Source: an uncultured Actinomycetota bacterium
GTDB lineage: Bacteria; Actinomycetota; Actinomycetes; Streptomycetales; Streptomycetaceae
NCBI GenBank assembly: GCA_963820715.1
Contig: CAWGAU010000004.1
Location: forward strand, 385,773 to 449,772
Length of the DNA stretch: 64,000 nt
Reading direction: 5' to 3'
Shown: positions 45,709 through 56,865 of the stretch, piece by piece
Numbering within the stretch: position 1 is the stretch's first letter
Layout: each line of letters begins with the position of its first letter
Notes under the pieces: model-generated
Databases searched by the model: none
What the model saw: only the letters and a program-made list of their open reading frames with translations
What the model was told of the DNA's origin: nothing
Position numbers and translations under genes: made by a program

Positions 45709-45981
45709 ATGGGAATCATTGGATGGATCATTCTGGGACTGCTCGCCGGAGCCGCCGCGAAGCTCCTGCTGCCGGGGCGCGACCCGGGCGGGCTGGTCGG
45801 CACCACGGTCATCGGCATCGTCGGGGCCTTCGTCGGCGGATGGCTGTCCGCCAAGCTGCTCAACCGGCCGGTGCCGCACCACTTCTTCGACGGCGACACC
45901 TGGCTGGCGGCCATCGGCGGCGCGCTGGTGCTGCTCATCGCCTACCGGCTGTTCTTCGGGGACTCGCGCAGCCGCCGATGA
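45709..45981 (+). CDS. GlsB/YeaQ/YmgE-family small membrane protein, paralog 2
   Basis: MGIIGWIILGLLAGAAAKLLLPGRDPGGLVGTTVIGIVGAFVGGWLS. Confidence 0.75.
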   Translation: MGIIGWIILGLLAGAAAKLLLPGRDPGGLVGTTVIGIVGAFVGGWLSAKLLNRPVPHHFFDGDTWLAAIGGALVLLIAYRLFFGDSRSRR

Positions 45982-46292
45982 CGGCTGCCGCTGATGCGGC
46001 GGGCGTCGATGATCGGCTGCGGCTGATCACCGCGGCCGTCGACGACGACACGCGCCGATGACCGCTGCCGCGGGGGCCGGCCGCCGGCCCGCGCGGTGAC
46101 CGCCGTCCGCCGACGGCCGGGGGTCCGCCCGGCCCCCGGGCCGGAGGCCGCCGGCCCGCGCCGCCCGTCCGCGCCGCCCGCGGACCCCGATCCCGCCCGC
46201 GGTCCCCGATCGGCGGCGGAGAGCGGGCCGCGGGTCCGTACGCCGCGCACAATGACCGGAGCGGCAATCGGACCTCTCCCCAGGAGCGGCAG

Positions 46293-47739
46293 ATGAGCGG
46301 ATCGGCAGACATCGGAGTGACCGGACTGGCCGTCATGGGCAGCAACCTCGCCCGCAACTTCGCCCGCAACGGCTTCACCGTGGCCGTGCACAACCGCACC
46401 GCCGCCAAGACCGAGCGCCCTGGTCGAGGAGCACGGCGACGAGGGCACCTTCGTCGCCGCGCGAGACGCCCGAGGAGTTCGTCGCCGCGCTGGAGCGCCC
46501 CCGGCGGCTGGTGATCATGGTGAAGGCGGGCGACCCGACCGACGCGGTGATCCGCGAGTTCGCCCCGCTGCTGGAGCAGGGCGACGTCGATCATCGACGG
46601 CGGCAACGCCCACTTCGAGGACACCCGGCGCCGCGAGAAGGAGCTGCGCGAGCAGGGCATCCACTTCGTCGGCACCGGCATCTCCGGCGGCGAGGAGGGC
46701 GCGCTCAACGGCCCGTCCATCATGCCCGGCGGCTCCGCCGAGTCCTACGAGTCGCTCGGCCCGCTGCTGGAACGTATCGCCGCCAAGGCCAAGGACGGCT
46801 CGCCCTGCACCACGCACATCGGCCCCGACGGCGCCGGCCACTTCGTGAAGATGGTGCACAACGGCATCGAGTACGCCGACATGCAGCTCATCGCCGAGGC
46901 GTACGACCTGCTGCGCGCGGTCGCCGGATACACCCCGCAGCAGATCAGCGAGACCTTCCGCACCTGGAACACCGGCCGCCTCGACTCCTACCTGATCGAG
47001 ATCACCGCCGAGGTGCTGGCGCACACCGACGCCGCGACCGGGCGGCCGTTCGTGGACGTCGTCGCCGACCGGGCCGAGCAGAAGGGCACCGGCCGCTGGA
47101 CCGTACAGACCGCGCTGGACCTCGGCGTGCCCGTCTCCGGCATCGCCGAGGCGGTCTTCGCCCGCTCGGTGTCCGGCCACGCCGACCTGCGCGCCGCCTC
47201 CCGCGGCCTGCCGGGCCCGCGGGCCACGGCGCTCGACGCGAAGGCGGCGGCCGCCTTCGCCGACCAGGTCGAGCAGGCGCTGTACGCGTCCAAGATCGTC
47301 TCCTACACGCAGGGCTTCCACCAGATCCAGGCCGGCAGCGACGCGTACGACTGGGGCGTCGACCTCGGGCGGATCGCGGCGATCTGGCGCGGCGGGTGCA
47401 TCATCAGGGCGGCCTTCCTCGACCGGATCACCGCCGCCTACGACGGCCGCCCCGACCTGCCGAGCCTGCTGTCCGACGAGCGGTTCGCCGAGGAGATCGG
47501 CGCCGCGCAGGACGACTGGCGGGAGGTCGTCGCGGCGGCGGTACGGCAACGGCGTGCCCGTCCCCGGCTTCTCGGCGGCGCTCGCCTACTACGACGCGCT
47601 GCGCGCCGAGCGGCTGCCGGCCGCCCTCACCCAGGGCCAGCGCGACTTCTTCGGCGCCCACACCTACCGGCGCGCCGACCGCGACGGCGTCTTCCACACC
47701 CTCTGGGGCGGGGACCGCAGCGAGGTCGTCGCCGGGTGA
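46293..47739 (+). CDS. gnd: 6-phosphogluconate dehydrogenase (decarboxylating); 3 frameshifts (~46420, ~46590, ~47545)
   Basis: [39 protein letters not shown]...[19 protein letters not shown]...[25 protein letters not shown]...[13 protein letters not shown]. Confidence 0.9.
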
Positions 47740-47828
47740 AGGAAAACCACCGGCGGGCGTATCGGCGCCCCGCCGGGGAAGACGTCCTTGCACAGGGCAC
47801 CGGACGCGCCACGGCAGAAGGGTTGGCC

Positions 47829-48185
47829 ATGATCGAACCCGCTGATCTGCGCGAGTGGCGCGACCACGACGTGGTCGACGAGGAAGACCACAAGATCGGT
47901 GTCCTGGAAGCGGTGTACGTGGACACCGGCACGGACCAGCCGGCCATGGCGACGGTCCGCACCGGACTGCCCACCCGGCACCGGCTGGTGTTCGTCCCCG
48001 TCGGCGACGCGGTCGCCGGCCCGGGCTACGTGCGCGTGCCGTACAACAAGGCGCTGGTCAAGTCGGCCCCCTCGATCGGGACGGACGACGTCCTCCCGGT
48101 CGAGGACGAGGAAGCGGTCTTCCAGCACTACGGCATGGCGTACGAACCCGGCGCGGACGGAGTACGCCGGCTCGCCCGCCGCTGA
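47829..48185 (+). CDS. PRC-barrel domain protein
   Basis: MIEPADLREWRDHDVVDEEDHKIGVLEAVYVDTGTDQPAMATVRTG...VFVPV. Confidence 0.6.
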   Translation: MIEPADLREWRDHDVVDEEDHKIGVLEAVYVDTGTDQPAMATVRTGLPTRHRLVFVPVGDAVAGPGYVRVPYNKALVKSAPSIGTDDVLPVEDEEAVFQHYGMAYEPGADGVRRLARR

Positions 48186-48270
48186 CACGGCAGCGCGGGG
48201 CCCGCGGCGGACGGCACACGCCCCGGACCCCGCACCGCCCGCCCCCTGTCCGCAGAAAGGAAGCCCGACC

Positions 48271-48435
48271 GTGAGCGTGTTCCTCCTTCTGATCATCGTG
48301 GCGATCGTGCTCGGCCTGATCGGCGCGGTCGCCGGGGGCCTGGGCTTCCTGCTGATCATCGGGATCGTCGTGTTCGCCGCGGACCTGGCCTACGGCTTCT
48401 GGCGGCTGCGCCGCCGGCCGCGCGTGGTCAGGTAA
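48271..48435 (+). CDS. small hydrophobic membrane protein (54 aa), hypothetical
   Basis: RBS GAAAGGAAG then GTG. VSVFLLLIIVAIVLGLIGAVAGGLGFLLIIGIVVFAADLAYGFWRLRRRPRVVR. Confidence 0.35.
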   Translation: MSVFLLLIIVAIVLGLIGAVAGGLGFLLIIGIVVFAADLAYGFWRLRRRPRVVR

Positions 48436-48450
48436 GGCGCCGGCGGCCCC

Positions 48451-49110
48451 ATGCACGCGATCACCGACTGGCTCGCGCGCTCCTCCGGGCTCGCGGTCTA
48501 CGCCGTCGTCGGCGCCCTCGTCTTCTGCGAGGACGCCCTCTTCTTCGGCTTCGTGCTGCCCGGCGAGACCGCCGCCGTCCTCGGCGGGGTCGTCGCCGAC
48601 CAGGGCGGTGTGTCCATCTACTGGATGTGCGCGGTCGTCGTGCTCGCCGCCGTGGCCGGCGACAGCGTCGGCTACGAGGTCGGCCGCCGCTTCGGCCCGC
48701 GCATCCTGGACACCCGGGCGCTGCAGCGGGCACCGCGAACGCATCGGCCGCGCCCAGGAGCTGATCCGCAAGCGCGGACCGGCCGCCGTCTTCCTCGGCC
48801 GCTTCATCGCCTTCTTCCGCGCCCTGATGCCCGCGCTGGCCGGGATCTCGCGGATGCCGTACCACGTCTTCCTGGCCTTCAACGCGGCCGGCGGCCTGGT
48901 CTGGGGCATCGGCTTCACGCTGCTCGGCTACTTCGCGGGCAACGCCTACAAGCGGGTGGAGAGCACCGCGGGGACCGCCGCCGCGATCGTGGTGGCGGTC
49001 GCCGTGGTCGCCGCCCTCGTCGTGTGGCACCTGCGCCGCAGGCGGCGCGAGGCCGAGCAGGAGCAGACCCGGCGGGGCGCCCCGGGACGACGCCCGGCGC
49101 TGATCGCCCC
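48451..49110 (+). CDS. DedA/SNARE-associated family membrane protein; frameshift ~48735; 3' end approximate (no in-frame stop seen)
   Basis: VVGALVFCEDALFFGFVLPGETAAVLGGVVADQG...LGRFIAFFRALMPALAGISRMPYHVFLAFNAAGGLVWGIGFTLLGYFAG. Confidence 0.75.
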
Positions 49111-49233
49111 TCGGGCCCCGACCGCCTCGCCGCGCCCCGACCGGTTCGAACGCCCCGCACAGAATGTGCGGGTACGGCAACAAACGCCGCCGCGGGGGTT
49201 CGAACCGGCCCCGGCTGAGAAGCCGGTAGGTAT

Positions 49234-49906
49234 GCGTACCTCGCCACTGCACAGCGGAAGCAAGACCGCCGGGCGCCGCCGCAGGACCACCGCTCGCCGC
49301 GGCCGCCGTCACCCTGCTGGCCCTCGCCGCGGCCGGCTGCGGCGGCGGGAGCGGCGGCATGGCGTCCACGGCGTCGCACTCCTCCGCCCCCGGCGGCGCC
49401 CCGGCCCCGGCGCCGCCGCGCCGACCGGCCGCTCCCGCCACCACGGCCCCGGCGGCGTCCGGCGCGCCGCGACGAGCGCCCCGGCGGGCGCCGCGGCTCC
49501 CCGGGCCGCGGACAGCCGGTGCACCGTCACCGAACTGCGGATGCGGCTCGGCGCCGGCAGCCCCGGCGCGGGCCAGGTGTACTACCCGCTGCGGTTCACC
49601 AACACCTCGCAGCACACCTGCGAGCTGAACGGCTTCCCCGGGGTGTCCCTGCTGCGCGGCGACGGGAGCGTCATCGGCAGGCCCGCCGCCCGCGAGGGCG
49701 CCGCGGGCGGCCCGGTGAAGCTCGCGCCGGGCGCGACCGTCGAGGCCGACCTGCACACCCTCGACCGGGGGATCAAGGGCGACGGCTGCTGGCGCACGCC
49801 CACACTGCTCAAGGCGTACCCGCCCGGGTCCAGGGACGCCATGACGCTGACCACCAGGAGCCCGGTGATCTGCGGCGACACCTTCGACGTGGGCACCGTC
49901 CACTGA
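49234..49906 (+). CDS. DUF4232 lipoprotein; frameshifts near N-terminus
   Basis: Lipobox signal ...AAAAVTLLALAAAGCGGGSGG. DUF4232: RCTVTELRMRLGAGSPGAGQVYYPLRFTNTSQHTCELNGFPGVSLL. Confidence 0.65.
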
Positions 49907-49924
49907 CCAGCGCAAAGGACCGCC

Positions 49925-50764
49925 ATGACCGTCAAGGGCATCGACGTCGCCTCCTACCAGAGCAGCACCTTCAGCACCGCGGGCCTCGGCTTCGTGATGG
50001 TCAAGGCCACCGAGGGCACCGGGTACGTCAACCCCCGGCACGCCGCCCAGGTCGCGCACGCGCGGGCCCAGGGGCTGGTCGTGGGCCACTACCACTTCGC
50101 CCGGCCCGGCTCGGTCACCGCGCAGGCCGCGTACTTCCTGGAGCACGCGGCCGCCCGAGGCGGGCGACGTGCTCGCCTACGACTGGGAGGACGCCGGGGT
50201 GCCCGGCGCGGACAAGGACGCCTGGATCAAGCACGTCCAGGCGTCCAGCCCCGTCGCACCGGGTGCTCCTCTACTGCAACCGCGACTTCTGGCTCAACCG
50301 CGACCACACCTCCTTCGCCGGCGACGGCCTGTGGATCGCCGACCCGGACGCCGCCGGCCGGGCACCCGCGGGTGACCCACGCCTGGACCGTCCACCAGTA
50401 CGGCACCTCGGGCGGCCTCGACCTCGACGTCGGGAACTTCGCGAGCGAGGCCGCATTACGCGCGTGGGCGGCCAAGGGCGGCCGGCCGGCGGCGTACGAG
50501 CCGTTCCCCGGCACGGCGTGGTTCACCATCGGCCGCACGCTCGCCGATCGTCGCGGCCATGCACGCACGGCTGGTCGCGGTCGGCTGCGACCACTACACG
50601 AGCAGCTCGCGGACAAGGACGTCATCGGGTCCGGCGACGTGGCCTCCTACGAGGCGTGGCAGCGCAAGTACAACGCCGACCACCACAAGGGCTGGACCGG
50701 CGCCCAGCTGAAGTGGCCGCCCGGCACGGAGACCTGGAACGCGCTGCACGTGCCGAACGTCTGA
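49925..50764 (+). CDS. GH25 muramidase (lysozyme); frameshifted in the middle
   Basis: MTVKGIDVASYQSSTFSTAGLGFVMVKATEGTGYVNPRHAAQVAHARAQGLVVGHYHFARPG. Confidence 0.8.
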   Translation: MTVKGIDVASYQSSTFSTAGLGFVMVKATEGTGYVNPRHAAQVAHARAQGLVVGHYHFARPGSVTAQAAYFLEHAAARGGRRARLRLGGRRGARRGQGRLDQARPGVQPRRTGCSSTATATSGSTATTPPSPATACGSPTRTPPAGHPRVTHAWTVHQYGTSGGLDLDVGNFASEAALRAWAAKGGRPAAYEPFPGTAWFTIGRTLADRRGHARTAGRGRLRPLHEQLADKDVIGSGDVASYEAWQRKYNADHHKGWTGAQLKWPPGTETWNALHVPNV

Positions 50765-50869
50765 GGCCGGCCGCGTCCGCGGGGCCCGGCGCGCGCCAGG
50801 GCGGCCGAGCGGGTGACGCGGGCCCGGCCGTCCGTTAGCCGGCGCCCGCGAGCGGGAAGAGCGCTGACC

Positions 50870-51919
50870 ATGGAGCCCATCGAGGCACTGGACCGCATCG
50901 CCTGCCTGCTGGAACGCGCCCTGGAGCCCGGCTACCGGGTCCGCGCCTTCCGCAACGCCGCCGACGTCGTCGCCGGCCTGCCCCGGGACGAGCTGGAGCG
51001 CCGGGCCGGCGCCCGGCGGCTCACCGACCTCAAGGGCATCGGGAAGACCACCGCCCAGGTCGTCACGGAGGCCCTCGCCGGCACGCATCCCCGCCTACCT
51101 GGCCGAGCTGGAGGAGCGGACCGCGCGCCGCTGGACGCCGACGGCGGCCGGGAGCTGCGGGCCGCGCTGCGCGGCGACTGCCATCTGCACTCCGACTGGT
51201 CCGACGGCGGCAGCCCGATCGCGGCCATGGCCGAGGCCGCCCGCGACCTCGGCCACGAATGGGCCGTGCTCACCGACCACAGCCCCCGGCTGAAGGTCGC
51301 CCGCGGCCTGACCGCCGAACGGCTGCTGCGCCAGCTCGACACCGTCGGCGGAGATCAACGCCGACCTCGCGCCCTTCCGGCTGCTCACCGGCATCGAGTG
51401 CGACATCCTGCTCCGACGGCTCGCTCGACCAGCGCGACGACCTGCTCGACCGGCTGGACGTCGTGGTCGCCTCCGCGCACTCCGAACTGCGCATGCCGGC
51501 CCGCGACTTCACCCGCCGCCTGGTCGCCGCCGTCGGCAACCCGCTGGTCGACGTGCTCGGCCACTGCACCAACCGGCTGATCGGCGGCGAAGCCGCGGCC
51601 CGAGTCGCAGTTCGACGCCGAGGCCGTCTTCGCCGCCTGCGCGCGGGCCGGCACCGCGGTCGAGATCAACAGCAGCCCGCACCGGCTCGACCCGCCGCGC
51701 CGCCTGCTCGCCCTCGCCCGCGACCTGGGCTGCCTCTTCGCGATCGACAGCGACGCCCACGCCCCCGGCCAGCTCGACTGGCAGTGGCACGGCTGCGCCC
51801 GCGCCGAGGAGGCCGGGCTGCCGCCCGAACGGATCGTCACCACCTGGACCGCGGACCAGGTGCTGACCTGGACGGCGACCCGCCGTCCGCCGGTCAGCCC
51901 CGCGCCCGCGCCGCGCTGA
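50870..51919 (+). CDS. PHP-domain phosphoesterase with N-terminal helix-hairpin-helix (PolX C-terminal-like); frameshifts
   Basis: LTDLKGIGKTTAQVVTEAL (HhH). GDCHLHSDWSDGGSPIAAMAEAARDLGHEWAVLTDHSP (PHP His motif)...FAIDSDAH. Confidence 0.7.
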
Positions 51920-52660
51920 GGATCTCCCGCGCGGCCAGCACCAGCGCCGTGTTGTCCGGCGGCCGCTGTCCCGTCCGGCAGCACGAGCACGTCCTCAAGG
52001 CCGATCCTGCGCGTCCAGGCCCCGGGCGGCCGCGACCTGGAGCACCGGCCAGGCGCCGCCCTCCTCGCCGTGCAGCAGCACCGGACGGCCGGGCGGCCTC
52101 CGCCAGGCCGTCCAGCGCGGCCAGTTCGGCCAGCAGCCGCTGCGCCGTGCCCGGGCGCCGTGGCCGGGTCGGTGTCGGTGACCTCGGCCAGCACCCGCAG
52201 CACCCGGTAGGCGTGCGGCCAGGCCCGCAGCCGGGCGGCCGCGTCCGTACCGGAGAACAGGCCCGCCTCGATCCCGACGCCCGTCTCCAGCAGCGCCGTG
52301 GCGACCAGACTCGGCGCCGTCCTCGTGCCAGTTCACCGAGGCGTGGTCGGGCAGCACCGACCAGGAGTGGACCAGGGCGGCCCGCCGCCGCGGGTCGGGC
52401 TCGGTCCACTCCCCGGTGGTCACCCCGATGGGCACCCCCGGCGCCGAGGCCCGTACGGCGGCGACCGCCGCGTCCACGTGCACGGCCGCCATGGTGTCCG
52501 CGCCGTCGGCGTCCTTCGGGTGGATGTGCACGGCGCGGGCCCCCGCCGCGACGGCTTCCGCGGCGGCGTCGCCGAGCTCCTGCGGGGTCACGGGCAGCAG
52601 CTCGCACTCGGTTCGTTGTCTCGCGCCGTTCAGGCATACCTGGAGCATGGTGGTGATCAT
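51894..52660 (-). CDS. 3-keto-5-aminohexanoate cleavage enzyme family (BKACE/DUF849); frameshifts
   Basis: MITTMLQVCLNGARQRTECELLPVTPQELGDAAAEAVAAGARAVHIHPKDADGADT...VPIGVTTGEW. Confidence 0.7.
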
Positions 52661-52928
52661 CGCAGTCCGGACGGTGTGCCCCCGCCGATGGCGGCGGCCC
52701 GTGGCGCGGGACAGGAAAGCCGGCGGGCCGAGCCCGGTGCGGACGGTGGCGCGGCCGGACACGGCCGTCCGGCGCGCGGACCGGGGCCGGTCGGCGGGGG
52801 CAGGCCGGCGCGGGGGGAGCGGAGGAGTGCCGGACGGGCGGGAGCGGGTTCAGCCCGAAAGGGGGGCAGGTCCGCTGTGCGCGCCGTTGACGCCACCGGG
52901 CCCGCCGTCCGCACCGGCCGCCACCGGG

Positions 52929-53570
52929 TCAGCCGTACGGACCGGCCAGACCCGAGGCGAGGAGGTCGAACGCGCGGTCGGCGTCCTCGGCGGCCCGGGG
53001 GAGGACGTCGCGGGCGGAGCTGCCGCCCGCCAGCCGGCGCCAGTTCTCGTGCGCCAGCACATGGTGGGCGGCGACGAGTTGGGCCGCGGCCAGCAGCGGG
53101 GTCACGTCGTCCGGCCGCGCGCCCGCCGCCTCGGCCAGCGCCTGCGCGAGGGCCTCCTCGTCCTGGGCGCGGTAGCCGACCAGGCTCGCCGCGAGCGTGG
53201 GCGTGGAGTACACGAGGCCGTGGAAGGCCAGCACCTCGGGGTCGTCGTTGAGCCCGGTGACCGGGTCGCGCTCGCGCAGCCCGTGGTGGAAGTGGCGGCG
53301 CAGCGCGGTCAGCGGCGGCTCGTCCGCCACCCGGTCGCGCACGACGCGGGCCGCCTCGCCCCGGTGGTCGGTGAACCGGTGCAGCACCAGGTCTTCCTTG
53401 GTGGGGAAGTACCGGAACAGCGTCGGCTTGGACACCTCGGCGGCGGCGGCGACCTCCGCGACGGAGACCCGGTCGTAGTCCTGGTCGAGGAAGAGCGCGA
53501 TGGCCGCGTCCGAAATCGCCTGGTGGGTCCGCCGTTTCTTGCGGGCCCGCAGTCCCGTCCGCTCCGTCAC
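52929..53570 (-). CDS. TetR-family transcriptional regulator (intact), divergent from the monooxygenase
   Basis: RKKRRTHQAISDAAIALFLDQDYDRVSVAEVAAAAEVSKPTLFRYFPTKEDLVL. Confidence 0.8.
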   Translation of the reverse strand: MTERTGLRARKKRRTHQAISDAAIALFLDQDYDRVSVAEVAAAAEVSKPTLFRYFPTKEDLVLHRFTDHRGEAARVVRDRVADEPPLTALRRHFHHGLRERDPVTGLNDDPEVLAFHGLVYSTPTLAASLVGYRAQDEEALAQALAEAAGARPDDVTPLLAAAQLVAAHHVLAHENWRRLAGGSSARDVLPRAAEDADRAFDLLASGLAGPYG

Positions 53571-53681
53571 GGCGATCACATTAGCACCGGGGTCGCAACC
53601 TTGTCTCATTCGTAATGGGGTTGCTTTTTTAACCCGGTTACGTTTTTCTGGATGATCTCACGTGATACAGGGGGAGTGCGC

Positions 53682-55218
53682 ATGACCAGTGTGCTGATCG
53701 TGGGGGCGGGGCCGACCGGGCTGACCCTGGCCTGTGACCTGGCCCGGAGCGGCGTCGCCGTACGGATCATCGAGAAGAGCCCGCGGTTCCCGCGCAGTTC
53801 GCGGGCGAAGGGGCCCAACCCGCGCACGCTGGAGGTCCTGGAGGACCTGGGCGTGCTGGAGGAGGTCCTCGACTCCGGCGCGCCGCCGCCGGTGATGCTC
53901 ACCTACCGCGACGGGCGGCCGGTCGCCCACACCGACCCGTTCGCCGGGTACATGCCGACGCCCGACGCGCCGTACGACCGGGCGTGGATGATTCCCCAGT
54001 GGCGGCTGGAGGAGATCCTTCGCGAGCGCCTCGCGTCGTACGGCGTGGAGGTCGAACTCGGCGCGGAACTGGCCGACTTGGAGCAGAGGGAGACGGGCGT
54101 GACCGCCGTCCTCGCCGACGGCCGGCGGATCGGGGCGCGGTACGCGGTGGGCTGCGACGGCGGGCACAGCACGGTGCGCAAGCTGCTCGGGCTTCCCTTC
54201 GAGGGGTCCACGACGGGGCTGGTCATGGTGCACGGGGACGTGGAGGCCGAGGGACCGGACCGGGCCTACTGGCACCAGTGGTTCGGCGAGGACGGCGGGC
54301 TGATGATGTGCCCGATCCCCGGCACGTGCGCGGGCTGGTGGTTCCAGTCGACGCCCGAACGCGACGCGGACGGCGCCCTGGTGGAGCCCTCGCAGGAGGG
54401 CTTCCGGCGGCTCTTCGACCGGTACGCGGGCAGGTCCGGCGTCCGGCTGGCCGACGCCACGCTGCTGTCGACGTACCGGGTGAACGTCCGGATGGTCGAC
54501 CGCTACCGGGTGGGCTCCGTCCTGCTGGCCGGCGACGCCGCGCACGTGCACTCCGTGGCGGGCGGCATGGGCATGAACACCGGCGTGCAGGACGCCCACA
54601 ACCTGGGGTGGAAGCTCGCCCTGGTGGTCGCCGGCCGGGCGGGGGAGGACCTGCTGGACACCTATCAGGAGGAGCGGCTGCCGGTGGCCGCCTGGACGCT
54701 GGATGTCACCTCGGACCGGTTGCGCGCCGCCCTGGAGGCGGTCAAGCAGCCGAACGGCGGTCTGGACGTGGTGGTCACCGCGGACACCACCGGGCTGGGC
54801 GTGGGCTACCGCTGGAGTTCGCTCGCCCGTGAACCGGAGGGCGGGGACGGCCGCGCCGGACGGCTGCGAGCCGGCGACCGGGCCCCGGACGCCCCCTGCC
54901 ACGACGTCGCGACGGGTACGCCGAAGCGGCTGTTCGAGGTGTTCGCCGGGCCGCACTTCACCCTGCTCGGCTTCGGCGCGGGCACCGGCCCGGCGTTGCG
55001 GGAGGTGGCCGCCTCCACCTGCCTCCGACCTGGTGCGGACCTGCCCGGTGGACGCCGGCGCCGAGGGGCTGTCCGACGAGAAGGGGTACGCCATGACGGC
55101 CTACGGAGCCGCGCGCGACCTGCTGGTGCTGGTCCGGCCCGACAACCACGTCGGGCTCGTCACCGGGCCGGGCGACGTCCGGTCGGTGCTGGACTGTCTG
55201 GAGTTCCGGCCCGGCTGA
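53682..55218 (+). CDS. FAD-dependent aromatic-ring monooxygenase (PHBH-fold); frameshift ~55015
   Basis: MTSVLIVGAGPTGLTLACDLARSGVAVRIIEK (GxGxxG)...GDAAHVHSVAGGMGMNTGVQDAHNLGWKLA. Confidence 0.8.
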
Positions 55219-55374
55219 GCCGGCGGCAAGACGTTCGGGGCGGCCACGGTGCCCCGGGCCGCCGACTCCCGTTCAGGGGGCCTGCGGACGCTCGGGGGCC
55301 GGCGCTCACCCCTCGGGCGTCCCGCAGCGCCGGCGCGGCCACGGGCCGGGCGACGGCCCGCCCGCGGGCGGCGG

Positions 55375-56784
55375 TCAGTCGCCGAGCCGGTCGATCTGCC
55401 GGATCTTGTTGGTCACGTCCAGCGCCGCCACCTTGTACGACTCCGCCAGCGTCGGGTAGTTGAACACCGCGTCCACCAGGTAGTCGACGGTGCCGCCGCA
55501 GCCCATCACCGCGTGCCCGATGTGGATCAGCTCGGTGGCGCCCGTGCCGAAGCAGTGCACGCCCAGCAGCTTGCGGTCGTCGGGGGAGACCAGCAGCTTG
55601 AGCATGCCGTGCGCGTCGCCGATGATCTGGCCGCGGGCCAGCTCGCGGTAGCGGGACACGCCGACCTCGAACGGCACGAGGCCGTCGGTGAGCTGGTCCT
55701 CGGTCCGGCCGATGAAGCTGATCTCGGGAATGGTGTAGATGCCGATCGGCTGGAGGTCGAGCAGGCCGTGCACCGGCTCGCCGAAGGCGTGGTAGGCGGC
55801 GGTGCGGCCCTGCTCCATCGAGGTCGCGGCCAGCGCGGGGAAGCCGATCACGTCGCCGACGGCGTAGATGTGCGGCACGTCCGTGCGGTAGTCGCCGTCG
55901 ACCGCGATCCGGCCGCGCCTGTCCGCGGTCAGGCCGGCCTTGTCCAGGTCGAGGGCCTCGGTGAGGCCCTGCCGCCCGGCGGAGTACATCACCGCGTCCG
56001 CCGCGATCTTCTTGCCGCTCTCCAGCACGGTCAGCGTGCCGTGCTCGTGCCGCTCGACGGCCGCGACCGTCTCGCCGAACCGGAAGGTCACCGCCAGGTC
56101 CCGCAGGTGGTAGCGGAGCGCCTCCACGATCTCGCCGTCGCAGAAGTCCAGCATCTTCTCGCGCTGTTCGACCACGGTGATCTTGCTGCCGAGGGCGGCG
56201 AACATCGAGGCGTACTCCATGCCGATCACCCCGGCGCCCACGATCACCATCGAGCGCGGCACCCGCTCCATGCTCAGCACGCTGTCGGAGTCGAGCACCG
56301 TGCGGTCGTCGAACTCCACGCTCGCCGGCCGGGCCGGCCGGGTGCCGGTGGCGATCACCACGAAGTCGGCGGTCACCACCCGGTCCTGGCCCGAGGCGTC
56401 CCGTACGGCCACCGTGTGCGGGTCGAGGAAGCGGCCGGTGCCGGGCAGCACCGCCACCTGGTTGCGGCTGAGCTGACTGCGGATCACGTCGACCTCGCGG
56501 CCGACCACGTGCTCGGTCCTGGCCGTCAGGTCGCCGATGGTGATGTCGTCCTTGAGCCGGTAGCTCTGGCCGTACAGATCCCGCTGGTTGAGGCCGGTGA
56601 GGTAGAGCACCGCCTCACGCAGGGTCTTGGACGGGATGGTGCCCGTGTGCAGGGAGACCCCGCCGAGGGTCTCCGGACGGTCGACGATCGCCGCCCGCCT
56701 GCCCAGTTTCGCCGCCGCTATCGCGGCCTTCTGGCCGCCAGGGCCCGATCCGATGACCAGTATGTCGTAGTCGCGCACCGGCAA
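55375..56784 (-). CDS. sthA: soluble pyridine-nucleotide transhydrogenase (intact)
   Basis: [35 protein letters not shown]...[16 protein letters not shown]...[14 protein letters not shown]...[17 protein letters not shown]. Confidence 0.9.
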   Translation of the reverse strand: MPVRDYDILVIGSGPGGQKAAIAAAKLGRRAAIVDRPETLGGVSLHTGTIPSKTLREAVLYLTGLNQRDLYGQSYRLKDDITIGDLTARTEHVVGREVDVIRSQLSRNQVAVLPGTGRFLDPHTVAVRDASGQDRVVTADFVVIATGTRPARPASVEFDDRTVLDSDSVLSMERVPRSMVIVGAGVIGMEYASMFAALGSKITVVEQREKMLDFCDGEIVEALRYHLRDLAVTFRFGETVAAVERHEHGTLTVLESGKKIAADAVMYSAGRQGLTEALDLDKAGLTADRRGRIAVDGDYRTDVPHIYAVGDVIGFPALAATSMEQGRTAAYHAFGEPVHGLLDLQPIGIYTIPEISFIGRTEDQLTDGLVPFEVGVSRYRELARGQIIGDAHGMLKLLVSPDDRKLLGVHCFGTGATELIHIGHAVMGCGGTVDYLVDAVFNYPTLAESYKVAALDVTNKIRQIDRLGD

Positions 56785-56865
56785 AGCATGTCACCCCCGC
56801 CGCCGCCACCGTAAGCCCGCCGCCGGATCGGGCCGCAAGGGCAGGCAGCGGCGGGGGAGTCGGCG

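Noticed and set aside
49141-49262. tRNA-like signal: GGGGGTTCGAACCGGCCCC resembles a T-arm, on either strand
   Set aside because: The candidate T-stems do not pair on either strand (ggggg/cggcc on plus; ggccg/ccccg on minus). No D-arm or anticodon arm with a 7-nt loop could be folded. No CCA or discriminator context. Part of the region is better explained as the lipoprotein signal-peptide start.
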